DNA from: an uncultured Pelagibacteraceae bacterium
GTDB lineage: Bacteria > Pseudomonadota > Alphaproteobacteria > Pelagibacterales > Pelagibacteraceae
NCBI GenBank assembly: GCA_902624515.1
Contig: CACNYE010000001.1
Location: forward strand, 2,055-66,054
Length of the DNA: 64,000 bases
Direction of reading: 5' to 3'
Of the stretch, positions 7,752 to 16,817 are shown one piece after another. Below the pieces are notes generated by a model that ran no database searches, had not been told where the DNA came from, and worked only from the letters and a program-made list of their open reading frames with translations. Positions within the stretch are counted from its first letter, which is position 1. Every line of letters starts with the position of its first letter. The position numbers were made by a program, and so were the translations under genes.

Positions 7752-9190
7752 AAAGTAAGTTAATGAATTTTTTAAAAAAAATAATTGTCCTTACAATTTT
7801 GATGTCACCTAATATTGTTAATGCTGATTTTTTTGAGGATATATCCAATAAAATTGCTGATAATCCAAAAAGACTTAGTTACGGCATTTCTGTTGCCGAT
7901 ATAGATCAAAATGAAAAATATGAATTTATAGTTACAGGATTTGGCTATCCCAATTTGGCTTTATCCTATGATAATGGAAAATTAATTAATGTTACTAGTC
8001 AAAAAATATTTTCTGATGAATTTAGAAAAACTATTGGGGTTGCTGCGTGTGATGTTGATAGAGATGGATATGAGGAAATATACTTTCTTAACACAGATAC
8101 TTATAGTGGAACAAAAAAATATTCTGATAGACTGATAGATTTAGAGGGAAATAAGTTTTTAGACATGTTTGAAATTGAAAAAAATAAAAAGGAATTAAAT
8201 TTAACAGCAGGAAGATCAGTTGCTTGTGTGGATAGAAAAGGTAATGGCGAGTATGGTATCTACGTATCAAATTATGGAGGACCAACAAGGTTTTATGAGA
8301 TTGAAAATAATAAGATTAAAGACAAATCAGCTGATTTAAATTTAGATAAGGTTACAGGTGGAAGAGCAGTTGTTTCAGGACATATTTTAACCGATAGATC
8401 TGATATTTTTGCAGCAAATGAAAGAGGTGCAAATTTTCTTTTAAAAAATAACAATGGATTTTTTGAAGACGTAGCGTTTGATTATCGAGTAGATGATGTG
8501 ATTCAGAATGGTAGAGGAACAACATTATCAGATATACTCTATAGAGGAAGGTTAGATATAATAAGTGGAAACTGGCAGGGTTATCACAGAGCTTATGTCT
8601 TAAGGGATAATAAATTTAAAGACATCGGTAATATTAAATTTGATAAACCTTCTAGAATTAGAACTATTATATCTGCTGATTTTGATAATGACGGTTATGA
8701 TGAGGTCTTTATGAATAACATAGCTGAGCCTAATAAGTTATTTAGAATAAAAGAGAATGGAATTTTTGAGGAAATAATGCTGGAAACAGGCCTTGAACCA
8801 GATGGGTTTGGCACGGGAGCTGCAGTTGCTGACATTGATGGAGATGGTATTTTAGAATTACTAGTTTCTCGGGGTGAAAGTAAAGAGCAATCATTAACTC
8901 TTTATAAAGCAAAAGTTAAAAAGGATAGTAAATATTTAAGAATAAAACCTTTAAATAAATACGGTGCACCAGCTAGAGGAGCTACAGTAACGTTGATAAC
9001 TGATCAAAGAAAACATTCAAAAACTATTGATGCTGGGTCAGGTTATTTATGTCAAATGGAGCCTGTGGCACATTATGGAATTAGAAAAAATGAAAAAAAT
9101 TTTAAATTAGAAGTGAAGTGGACTAATGGAAAAAAAGAATTAATTAATATAAGTGAGTTAAATAAAACAATTACTATTAAGCAAAAATGA
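7748..9190 (+). CDS. CRTAC1-family protein (FG-GAP Ca-binding repeats plus ASPIC/UnbV C-terminus), exported
   Basis: Repeated DxDxDG motifs (ADIDQNE, CDVDRDG, ADFDNDG, ADIDGDG); C-terminal IDAGSGYLCQMEPVAHYG; signal-like N-terminus. Confidence 0.85.
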   Translation: MKSKLMNFLKKIIVLTILMSPNIVNADFFEDISNKIADNPKRLSYGISVADIDQNEKYEFIVTGFGYPNLALSYDNGKLINVTSQKIFSDEFRKTIGVAACDVDRDGYEEIYFLNTDTYSGTKKYSDRLIDLEGNKFLDMFEIEKNKKELNLTAGRSVACVDRKGNGEYGIYVSNYGGPTRFYEIENNKIKDKSADLNLDKVTGGRAVVSGHILTDRSDIFAANERGANFLLKNNNGFFEDVAFDYRVDDVIQNGRGTTLSDILYRGRLDIISGNWQGYHRAYVLRDNKFKDIGNIKFDKPSRIRTIISADFDNDGYDEVFMNNIAEPNKLFRIKENGIFEEIMLETGLEPDGFGTGAAVADIDGDGILELLVSRGESKEQSLTLYKAKVKKDSKYLRIKPLNKYGAPARGATVTLITDQRKHSKTIDAGSGYLCQMEPVAHYGIRKNEKNFKLEVKWTNGKKELINISELNKTITIKQK

Positions 9191-9876
9191 AAAAAATTTC
9201 TAACATATTTGTATTTATAATTATAATACTGTTGAATTTTAATTCATTTGCAGAGGAAAAAAATTATCATAAAGAATTAATTACTGATTGGTCTAGAATA
9301 TTTCCTGATCAAAATCGAAATGCAGCAGGTCCTAAATTTTTCAAATATATTATAGATAAAAAAATTACTTATAAAGATTTCATTGAGTTTAATAAATTAT
9401 ATTGTGCAGTTTCAGGATCATTAATTGATCCTGATAGTGAACCAGATTTTTTATTTGTTAATGAAAGCGATACTAACACAAAAATTTGTGGAAATTATTA
9501 TAAATGTTGTATCCCTTGTTCATGTGATATTATGAAGTACTCGAAGGTTCAAAAAATGAAATATGAATTTGATGATGGTATTAAAGAATTTTTTGTTTTT
9601 ACGATAAAAAATCCTTGTAATAAAAATGATTTTCCTAAGAGAGTAAATAAAGACTATTTCTGTGATGGAAAAAAAATTAATGATAAGCAAGTTTACAATC
9701 TTAATGACCGAATTGTAATAGGATTACTACATGATGGGAGAAGTTGTAATAAGGATGAGATTGATTATGTAAAAAGTCATCAGGTTACCGGCAGGTATTG
9801 CGAATTAAGAAACAATACCCCTTTGGAAAATTTAGATGCTGGTATGGGTGACATCTTTATAAAGCTCGCGAGATAA
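9187..9876 (+). CDS. Exported cysteine-rich hypothetical protein
   Basis: Signal peptide (..NSFA|EE); 10 Cys including CCIPCSC; start overlaps the CRTAC1 stop (ATGA). Confidence 0.75.
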   Translation: MKKISNIFVFIIIILLNFNSFAEEKNYHKELITDWSRIFPDQNRNAAGPKFFKYIIDKKITYKDFIEFNKLYCAVSGSLIDPDSEPDFLFVNESDTNTKICGNYYKCCIPCSCDIMKYSKVQKMKYEFDDGIKEFFVFTIKNPCNKNDFPKRVNKDYFCDGKKINDKQVYNLNDRIVIGLLHDGRSCNKDEIDYVKSHQVTGRYCELRNNTPLENLDAGMGDIFIKLAR

Positions 9877-9881
9877 AGTTT

Positions 9882-9911
9882 TTGAGAATTTAAAATTAAA
9901 ATATGTATAAT
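9882..9911 (+). promoter_or_regulatory. Putative sigma70 promoter for the GATase gene
   Basis: TTGAGA (9882-9887) - 18 bp - TATAAT (9906-9911), 9 nt upstream of TTG 9921. Confidence 0.4.
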
Positions 9912-9920
9912 AATTAAATA

Positions 9921-10640
9921 TTGAATATTATTATTTTACAGCATATTAAAATTGAAGATCCGGGTTACATAAAAGACCTTATGTTATCTGATGGATTAAA
10001 TCTTACTACAATTGAGCTAGATGAGGGTGAGAAAATTCCAAATGATTTAAATAAATTTGATGGAATGTTTTGTATGGGTGGCCCAATGGATACTTATATG
10101 GAAAAAGAATATCCTTGGTTAATTGAAGAAAAAAAGAAAATTAAAGAATTCGTGGTTAATCTAAAAAAACCTTATTTAGGTTTTTGTTTGGGTTGTCAGT
10201 TGTTAGGTGAAGTTGTGGGTGGCAAGGTTGTAAAATCAAGCCCAGCAGAGATTGGTATGATGGATATCAATTTCACGAAAGAAAAAAATCAAGACAATTT
10301 ATTTTCTAATTTTCCTGACAAAATTAAAAGCTTGCAATGGCATTCATATGAGGTTCAAGGAATAGAGAATGATAAAGATGTTACTTTGTTAGCTTCATCA
10401 CCTGTTACTAAATTTCAAATTTTTAAATATCAAAATCATGCTTATGGTATTCAATTTCACATTGAAATCAAAGATACTACAGTTAAGGATTGGGGATGTG
10501 TACCAGAATATAAAAAAGCTTTGGAAGATCAATTAGGCGATGGCGCACTAAAAAAATTTGATCAATCTGCAAAAGAGAACATGACTGATATGAATAATTA
10601 CTCTAAGATTCTTTATAGTAATTTTAAAAAACTTTTATGA
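9921..10640 (+). CDS. Stand-alone class I glutamine amidotransferase-like protein
   Basis: Motifs MGGPM, LGFCLGCQL (nucleophile Cys), QWH, GIQFHIE (His-x-Glu); no synthetase domain. Confidence 0.85.
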   Translation: MNIIILQHIKIEDPGYIKDLMLSDGLNLTTIELDEGEKIPNDLNKFDGMFCMGGPMDTYMEKEYPWLIEEKKKIKEFVVNLKKPYLGFCLGCQLLGEVVGGKVVKSSPAEIGMMDINFTKEKNQDNLFSNFPDKIKSLQWHSYEVQGIENDKDVTLLASSPVTKFQIFKYQNHAYGIQFHIEIKDTTVKDWGCVPEYKKALEDQLGDGALKKFDQSAKENMTDMNNYSKILYSNFKKLL

Positions 10641-10858
10641 ATAATAAAATTTTTGAATGGGCAGGAGTTATAACGGCAATATTATATTCATTATTTGTAG
10701 CTATGAATATTGGTATAGAGTTTTTTGGTTTTTGTTTATTACTTATATCTGCAATCTTAATTGGAATTTGGGCTTATAGGGGAGGTCATAGAGGAATATT
10801 ATTTTTACAATTCTTTTACGCGACGGCTGGAATTATTGGGATGTTTAGGTGGTTTTAA
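10637..10858 (+). CDS. Small 3-TM membrane protein resembling half of PnuC
   Basis: Three hydrophobic helices; C-terminal LQFFY...IIGMFRW resembles PnuC LQxxY...YGW..W. Confidence 0.55.
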   Translation: MNNKIFEWAGVITAILYSLFVAMNIGIEFFGFCLLLISAILIGIWAYRGGHRGILFLQFFYATAGIIGMFRWF

Positions 10859-11994
10859 CTAAAAGTTGAAATTATTTTAGGAATATAATTTTTAAAATTA
10901 AAGAAACCTTTATTACAATATTGCCAAGAATACTGATCAAGTTTTCTAAATAAAAAATCTACTTTTATGTTATTTGAATTTAAATAATCTAGATTTTCGC
11001 CAACAGTTGGGTACAAGGCACAACTATTTTCTATATTTTTAATTTCACTTATATTGGTGATCTCACAATCAATAGAATTATTTTTCAATCTTTGTTCCTG
11101 ATCTTTGATAAGTAAAGATTTGAACTTAACTACTTTTTCATCCAATTTGATAGATCTATTTTCATTTTCATTTGAAATTAAATGAATTTTTTTAAATTTA
11201 TTATTCTGAAAATCTGTGATTTCAAAAGAGAGATTATTTTCAAAAATTAATAAATTTTTATCCTCTATATGTTGTGGATTACTAAAATCTTGTTTTATTA
11301 CTGAGTAAGTTTTTTCAGATACTTTTGGAGGAACATTTTCATTTAATTTAATATTATTAAATCTATTATTAGTAAATTTTTTGATATTCCATTCACTTGC
11401 TAAATAATGTTTTCCCTGAGTTTGAATACCAGCAACCCATCTCCATCCAAGGGTATTTGATGCAGTGTCCCCATCATAAAGATGTTGCATAAAAAACTCT
11501 GCACCTAATTGCCAAGGTAGCTCTAAAGTAAAAATCCAAATACTGGCAAACCACATTCTTGTATGGTTATGTAAATAATTGTTTTCCTTTAGTTCATTTA
11601 TCCATGCATTAAAGCATTCAATATTAGTTTTACCTTCTATAGCATTAAGATAGTTCTGATTATTTTTAAATTCCTCTTTAATTTTATTTAATTCTATTAA
11701 ATAGTCTGACCAAACATTTGGTCTTAATTCTAACCAACCTTTCCAATATGTACGCCATAAAACTTCTTGTATAAACTTTTCATTTTTTGAGAAAGAAAAT
11801 TTACCAAGTGATTTTTCAATTACTTCTTTTTCACTAATAACTCCGTGAGTAATATAAGGAGATAAACAAGAAATATTGGATCTATTTTCTGGTCCAAAAT
11901 CAAAATTTCTAAGCTTAGAGTATTCTGAAAGATTATTTTCTACAAAATAATTTAATTTGTCTAAGGCCTTAGCCCTTGAAGCTTCAAAATTCAT
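10855..11994 (-). CDS. Short photolyase with N-terminal FAD-binding domain (NewPHL-like, inverted domain order)
   Basis: Catalytic motifs SCLSPYITHG, EKFIQEVLWRTYWKGWLE, YLHNHTRMWFASIW, DGDTASNTLGWRWVAG all fall in the first ~200 aa, followed by a short C-terminal region. Confidence 0.82.
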   Translation of the reverse strand: MNFEASRAKALDKLNYFVENNLSEYSKLRNFDFGPENRSNISCLSPYITHGVISEKEVIEKSLGKFSFSKNEKFIQEVLWRTYWKGWLELRPNVWSDYLIELNKIKEEFKNNQNYLNAIEGKTNIECFNAWINELKENNYLHNHTRMWFASIWIFTLELPWQLGAEFFMQHLYDGDTASNTLGWRWVAGIQTQGKHYLASEWNIKKFTNNRFNNIKLNENVPPKVSEKTYSVIKQDFSNPQHIEDKNLLIFENNLSFEITDFQNNKFKKIHLISNENENRSIKLDEKVVKFKSLLIKDQEQRLKNNSIDCEITNISEIKNIENSCALYPTVGENLDYLNSNNIKVDFLFRKLDQYSWQYCNKGFFNFKNYIPKIISTFS

Positions 11995-12000
11995 ATTAAA

Positions 12001-12381
12001 TTATTTTGATTTTTTTTTCTTTAGACCCAATTTATCACTGTGTCTTAATCTCAAGATTACAATTGCTCCAGCAATTAAGACAATTGCTATAGCTTCATAA
12101 ACCAATGCAGCTGGATCCATTTCTTTTCCTTGTAGAATTATAAATCGCGCTAGAGCAGTAATGGCTATCAACAATGGCAAAGTAATACTAATTGATTGTT
12201 GGTTCCAAAAAACTCTTACCATTGCTAGAACTTCCAAATATAGAAACATTAATAGCAAATCAGCTAATGTTACTGATCGATTTTGAAACATTTTACTTAT
12301 TTCAATGCCAACTGCTATTACTGTACTTATCAAAATAATGACCATCAAAACAAGTTGTAAATTTTTTGCTATTTTTTCCAT
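12001..12381 (-). CDS. psiE: Phosphate-starvation-inducible PsiE family membrane protein
   Basis: LADLLLMFLYLEVLAMV...PLLIAITALARFII pattern. Confidence 0.8.
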   Translation of the reverse strand: MEKIAKNLQLVLMVIILISTVIAVGIEISKMFQNRSVTLADLLLMFLYLEVLAMVRVFWNQQSISITLPLLIAITALARFIILQGKEMDPAALVYEAIAIVLIAGAIVILRLRHSDKLGLKKKKSK

Positions 12382-12839
12382 TATTTATCCTTACTAAATG
12401 GTAGCCATTTTTCAAATACTGATTTTGAGGAACCATCATATGGGATTGAGTAAGAATATGGGTTTGGACTAGTTAACACCTCAATGCCTTTAGAAAAAAC
12501 AAATATAAATACGATTACAAAAACGAGAACCATTATTTTAAAGGGATCAAAATTTTTGGTTTTAAAAACACTTGCAGAATTTTCTTCAGCTCTATGAAAA
12601 TGTTTAAACGTCATATACACAGCAAATATAAGACCAATGTGAGCCAAAAAAAGTCCAGTCCATCCAAACACAAAAGTTGTATATGAAAATACGTATAAAC
12701 TAAAAACGGTAGTCCAAATGAAACTTAAGACTAGTAGAATTTGTAATCTTACAGTTTTGGGAAGAGAACGAAGATCATTTTTACTATCATCAAACAAAAT
12801 GTTTGCAGCATCTTTCATCCAATTTTTTATTGATTCCAT
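12381..12839 (-). CDS. Hypothetical membrane protein (3 TM)
   Basis: Clean ORF coupled to psiE by a stop/start overlap; hydrophobic helices after N.LRSLP..VRLQIL.VLSFIW. Confidence 0.65.
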   Translation of the reverse strand: MESIKNWMKDAANILFDDSKNDLRSLPKTVRLQILLVLSFIWTTVFSLYVFSYTTFVFGWTGLFLAHIGLIFAVYMTFKHFHRAEENSASVFKTKNFDPFKIMVLVFVIVFIFVFSKGIEVLTSPNPYSYSIPYDGSSKSVFEKWLPFSKDK

Positions 12840-12898
12840 AAAATCAAATTATGTTTTTTTAAAAAATAAACAATCCCTAAATTGTCCTAAATAATTAG

Positions 12899-14086
12899 CT
12901 AGTTTCTTAACTTTTTTTTGTGAAAATTAATAAATTTCTCTACATTTGATTTATTGAAAGATTTATTTTCTTCAAAAGATACCTTTTTCATTGAATAAGC
13001 TTCACTATTAGTGATTCTAGATTGAATTGTTATATTTCCTTTATAAAGTTTAAGTTTGACAGATCCATTTACTTTATTTTTTTTATGGTCGACAATTTTT
13101 TGAAGTTTAAATCGTTCTTTTGAATACCAATAGCCGTTATATATAAGTTCAGCATATCTTGACATTATATTGTCTTTTTTATGCATTGTTTCTTTATCTA
13201 AAGTAACAGACTCCATAGCTCTATGAGCATGAATTAATAGTGTTCCACCTGGAGTTTCATAAACACCTCTTGATTTAATACCTAAAAATCTATTTTCGAC
13301 AAGATCAACTCTTCCTATCCCATTTTTTCCAGCTAATTTATTTAACTTTTCGAATAACATTGAAGGTTTTAACCTTTTTCCATTTACTCCAATTGGATCT
13401 CCATTTTTAAATTTTATTGTAACTAATGTTGGTTTGTTTGGAGCTTTTTCTGGTGAAGTGGTTCTTTGAAAAATAAATTCTGGAGCTGAATTTTTCGGAT
13501 TTTCTAAAACTTTTCCCTCTGTTGATGTATGAAATAAATTATCATCTACAGAAAAAGGTGGTTCACCCTTTTTATCTTTTGGAATTTGGATATCATATTT
13601 TTGTGCATAACTAATTAAATCTGTTCTAGATTTCAGTTTCCAAATTCTCCAGGGTGCAATAATTTTTATTTTTGGACTAAAGTAGTGATATCCAAGTTCA
13701 AATCTAACTTGATCATTTCCTTTACCAGTAGCACCGTGAGAAACTGCATAAGCTTTATACTTTTTTGCAACTTTAATTTGATCTTTCGCAATTAATGGTC
13801 TTGCGATTGAAGTTCCCAATAAATATACACCTTCATAAATTGCATGACCACGTATCATAGGATAAACATAATCTTTCACAAAAATATCTTTTAGGTCATT
13901 GATTATTATATTTTTTACTCCAAATTTTTTTGCATTTGATATAATTTTTTTTCGATCAATTTTTTGACCTATATCTGCTGTATAACAAATTACTTCTGCA
14001 TTATAATTTTCTTGTAACCATTTCAAAATAATAGATGTATCTAAACCACCAGAATAAGCTAAAACAATTCTCTTTTTTAATTTCAT
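12899..14086 (-). CDS. argG: Argininosuccinate synthase
   Basis: Motifs LAYSGGLDTS, YLLGTSIARP, HGATGKGNDQVRFE, KSRGVYETPGG. Confidence 0.96.
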   Translation of the reverse strand: MKLKKRIVLAYSGGLDTSIILKWLQENYNAEVICYTADIGQKIDRKKIISNAKKFGVKNIIINDLKDIFVKDYVYPMIRGHAIYEGVYLLGTSIARPLIAKDQIKVAKKYKAYAVSHGATGKGNDQVRFELGYHYFSPKIKIIAPWRIWKLKSRTDLISYAQKYDIQIPKDKKGEPPFSVDDNLFHTSTEGKVLENPKNSAPEFIFQRTTSPEKAPNKPTLVTIKFKNGDPIGVNGKRLKPSMLFEKLNKLAGKNGIGRVDLVENRFLGIKSRGVYETPGGTLLIHAHRAMESVTLDKETMHKKDNIMSRYAELIYNGYWYSKERFKLQKIVDHKKNKVNGSVKLKLYKGNITIQSRITNSEAYSMKKVSFEENKSFNKSNVEKFINFHKKKLRN

Positions 14087-14089
14087 TAA

Positions 14090-14602
14090 TTAGCTACAGG
14101 CTTTTTTTGCAGTGTTATAAGCTTTTGTAAATCCAAGAAGTGAATAATGATCTATAGTTTGAGAACCTTTCTCGTTGAAGCCAGTTACCATGATTCTTGA
14201 TCCTTTTTTCATGACCTTTACCATGATCTTTTCTTTTTTATTGCTAGTCATCCAAGCAAAGCCTTGCTGTTTTATGTCAAATTTAAATTTATTATTTCCT
14301 GATGTCGCTAGTACTGAATTATTCTTATTAAATTCGTAACCTGAAGTCGTACTGATTTCATTTGAAATTTTTTCATTAGGTCTAAATGTTACAAATAATC
14401 TTGCATCTCTTTTGTTTTTTTTTGGAGCTTGCAAAACAGGAATTGATTGAGCAAAACATACTTTCCCTGAAGTTTCAGAGACAACCATAACTTCCCAGTC
14501 TTTGAATTTTCCAACTTTTTTAAGATCTGAGGCAAAAGTCTTTGATAAAGAACCTATAAAAAAAATAATTGATAATATTAAAGTTTTTTTAATTAAGGAC
14601 AT
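14090..14602 (-). CDS. Invasion-associated locus B (IalB)-like periplasmic protein
   Basis: Signal peptide, G.FKDW.V.......VCFA, C-terminal D.YSL.GFTKAY......C. Confidence 0.7.
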   Translation of the reverse strand: MSLIKKTLILSIIFFIGSLSKTFASDLKKVGKFKDWEVMVVSETSGKVCFAQSIPVLQAPKKNKRDARLFVTFRPNEKISNEISTTSGYEFNKNNSVLATSGNNKFKFDIKQQGFAWMTSNKKEKIMVKVMKKGSRIMVTGFNEKGSQTIDHYSLLGFTKAYNTAKKACS

Positions 14603-15630
14603 GGATTTGGATAAATTTTTTGAATTTCATTAATTTCATTAATTATTTCGTTAGTCAAATTTATATTTACACTTTCTATGTTAGTTTTCAACTGCTCCAT
14701 TGTAGTTGCTCCAATTATGACAGATGTCACAAACGGTTGAATTTCTAAAAATTTTAAAGACATTTGTCCTAGATCTAATTTATGTTTCTTTGCTATTTCA
14801 TAATAGGCGTCTATTGCTTTACCTGAGTTGGGTTTGTTATATCTAGTCCAAAAATCTTTATGTAGAGCTAATCTAGATTTTTTTGGAAGCTGATTATTTC
14901 TATATTTGCCGGTAAGATAACCACATGCTAATGGTGAATAAGCAAGCAGCCCAACATATTCCCTTACCGACATTTCTGCAAGACCAACTTCATAAGTTCT
15001 ATTAAGTAGATTATATGGATTTTGAACTGAAAGTATTCTCGGTAGGTTATTCTTTTTTGATATTTCTAGAAATTTAGACAGTCCCCAAGGAGTTTCATTT
15101 GATAGTCCAACATATCTAATTTTTCCTTGATCTATAAATTTTTTGAGATTTTCTAAAATATCCTCAAATTTAGTCCAATCTTCTTCATCATTATGTTCAT
15201 AACCTAATTTACCAAAAAAATTTGTATTTCTTTCAGGCCAATGAAGTTGATATAAATCTATATAATCCGTTTTTAATCTTTTTAAACTTCCCTCTAAAGC
15301 TTCTGTAATATTCTTTTTACCAAATTGATTACCACCCCCTCTAACATATTCTCTCATAGGCCCACAAACTTTGGAAGCGAGAATTATCTTGTCTCTCTTT
15401 TTTTTTTTTTCAAACCAATTACCTATAATTTTTTCAGTACTGCCAAAGGTTTCCTCTCTTGGGGGTATAGAATAAATTTCGGCAGTGTCCCAAAAATTTA
15501 CACCTTGATCTAGAGCAAAATCCATTTGTTCAAATCCTTCATTTTGGGAATTTTGTTCACCCCAAGTCATCGTACCGAGACAAATTGTACTTACATCAAG
15601 ATCTGTATTTCCTAATTTTTTGTAATTCAT
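14593..15630 (-). CDS. tas: NADP(H)-dependent aldo-keto reductase (Tas)
   Basis: Motifs ICLGTMTWGEQN, DTAEIY, IDLYQLHWP.R, GLSNETPWG, QNPYNLLNR, C-terminal PNPCP. Confidence 0.9.
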   Translation of the reverse strand: MNYKKLGNTDLDVSTICLGTMTWGEQNSQNEGFEQMDFALDQGVNFWDTAEIYSIPPREETFGSTEKIIGNWFEKKKKRDKIILASKVCGPMREYVRGGGNQFGKKNITEALEGSLKRLKTDYIDLYQLHWPERNTNFFGKLGYEHNDEEDWTKFEDILENLKKFIDQGKIRYVGLSNETPWGLSKFLEISKKNNLPRILSVQNPYNLLNRTYEVGLAEMSVREYVGLLAYSPLACGYLTGKYRNNQLPKKSRLALHKDFWTRYNKPNSGKAIDAYYEIAKKHKLDLGQMSLKFLEIQPFVTSVIIGATTMEQLKTNIESVNINLTNEIINEINEIQKIYPNPCP

Positions 15631-15708
15631 TTAGGTTTTTAGTGTTATTTTAATTATCTTTTTAAGGTATCTTGAATAATTAGTAAAAGATTATATATAT
15701 TTTGAATT

Positions 15709-16470
15709 ATGGAATTTAATAAAAAAGGAATACTTGCAAGAGCAAAAACAGCTGTACAAGAAACTGCTGTAATGGATGAAGGGTTAAGAGCCTACATGCT
15801 TAAGGTTTATAATTACATGGCAACTGGAGTTTTGCTTACTGGAATTATTGCACTAATAACATTTAAAATGTCAGTTGTTACTGATGCTTCAGGATCAATA
15901 GTAGGGCTGACACAAATGGGTAATGCAATTTATTTATCTGGTTTAAAATGGCTTGTTATGTTAGCTCCTTTAGGAATCGTTTTTTACATGAGCTTTGGCA
16001 TCAATAAAATGAGCGCATCAAAAGCTCAAACTACATTTTGGATTTTTGCCGCTTTAATGGGATTGTCTTTATCTTCAATCTTACTAATTTATACTGGAAT
16101 GAGTGTAACTAGGGTGTTTTTCATTACCTCAGCGACTTTTGGTTCGATGAGTATTTATGGTTATACAACTAAAAGAGATCTTACTAAACTCGGATCATTT
16201 TTAATGATGGGATTAATCGGAATTATTATTGCTTCAATAGTAAATATATTTATGAAATCTTCTATGATGTATTTTGTAATTTCAATTTTAGGTGTTCTGA
16301 TATTTGTAGGTTTAACTGCTTATGACACACAAAAAATAAAAAATATGTATGTAGCTTCTGATACTGGTGAATTAATGGGAAAAAAAGCTGTAATGGGAGC
16401 TCTAACACTATACTTAGACTTTATAAATTTATTTATAATGCTTTTAAGACTTTTTGGTCAAAGAAGATAA
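15709..16470 (+). CDS. Bax inhibitor-1/YccA family membrane protein
   Basis: Motifs DEGLRAYMLKVYNYM, YGYTTKRDL, LTAYDTQKIK, GALTLYLDFINLF. Confidence 0.93.
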   Translation: MEFNKKGILARAKTAVQETAVMDEGLRAYMLKVYNYMATGVLLTGIIALITFKMSVVTDASGSIVGLTQMGNAIYLSGLKWLVMLAPLGIVFYMSFGINKMSASKAQTTFWIFAALMGLSLSSILLIYTGMSVTRVFFITSATFGSMSIYGYTTKRDLTKLGSFLMMGLIGIIIASIVNIFMKSSMMYFVISILGVLIFVGLTAYDTQKIKNMYVASDTGELMGKKAVMGALTLYLDFINLFIMLLRLFGQRR

Positions 16471-16478
16471 CTTTACTT

Positions 16479-16817
16479 TTAAAGCTTTTTCCAATTAGTA
16501 TTTTTTAACAACAAATCTAAATCAAAAGAGTTTTTTAGAATTTTTCCGTTAGTATCTGTTATCAAATATTTAAGATTTTTATTTTTTGGCTTAAAATTTT
16601 TGCAGATTTTATATAGAGCATTCTCAGTTGCATTTTTAAATACACTAAAACCAACTTGTTTACTAGATATGCTTAGGCCATAATCTTTCCATGATCCCTC
16701 CGAAACCATTTTGGCGTAAAGATCTAAAATTATTTTTAATTCATCTTTTTCAAAAAAATGTTTATCTTCAATCTGTTTGTTAACGTTATTAATTACTAGT
16801 CTAAGGTTATTATTCAT
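16479..16817 (-). CDS. DUF2794 family protein
   Basis: F.K.EL..IL.LY..MV..G.WKDY......FSVF pattern; lies beside the Bax inhibitor gene as in other Alphaproteobacteria. Confidence 0.8.
   Translation of the reverse strand: MNNNLRLVINNVNKQIEDKHFFEKDELKIILDLYAKMVSEGSWKDYGLSISSKQVGFSVFKNATENALYKICKNFKPKNKNLKYLITDTNGKILKNSFDLDLLLKNTNWKKL

Noticed and set aside
9921-10640. GMP synthase guaA
   Set aside because: Only the glutaminase domain is present; there is no ATP-pyrophosphatase domain.
15398-15410. 13-nt homopolymer in tas as a phase-variation site
   Set aside because: The frame is intact (poly-Lys), long A/T runs are common in this AT-rich sequence, and the gene is not a typical contingency locus.
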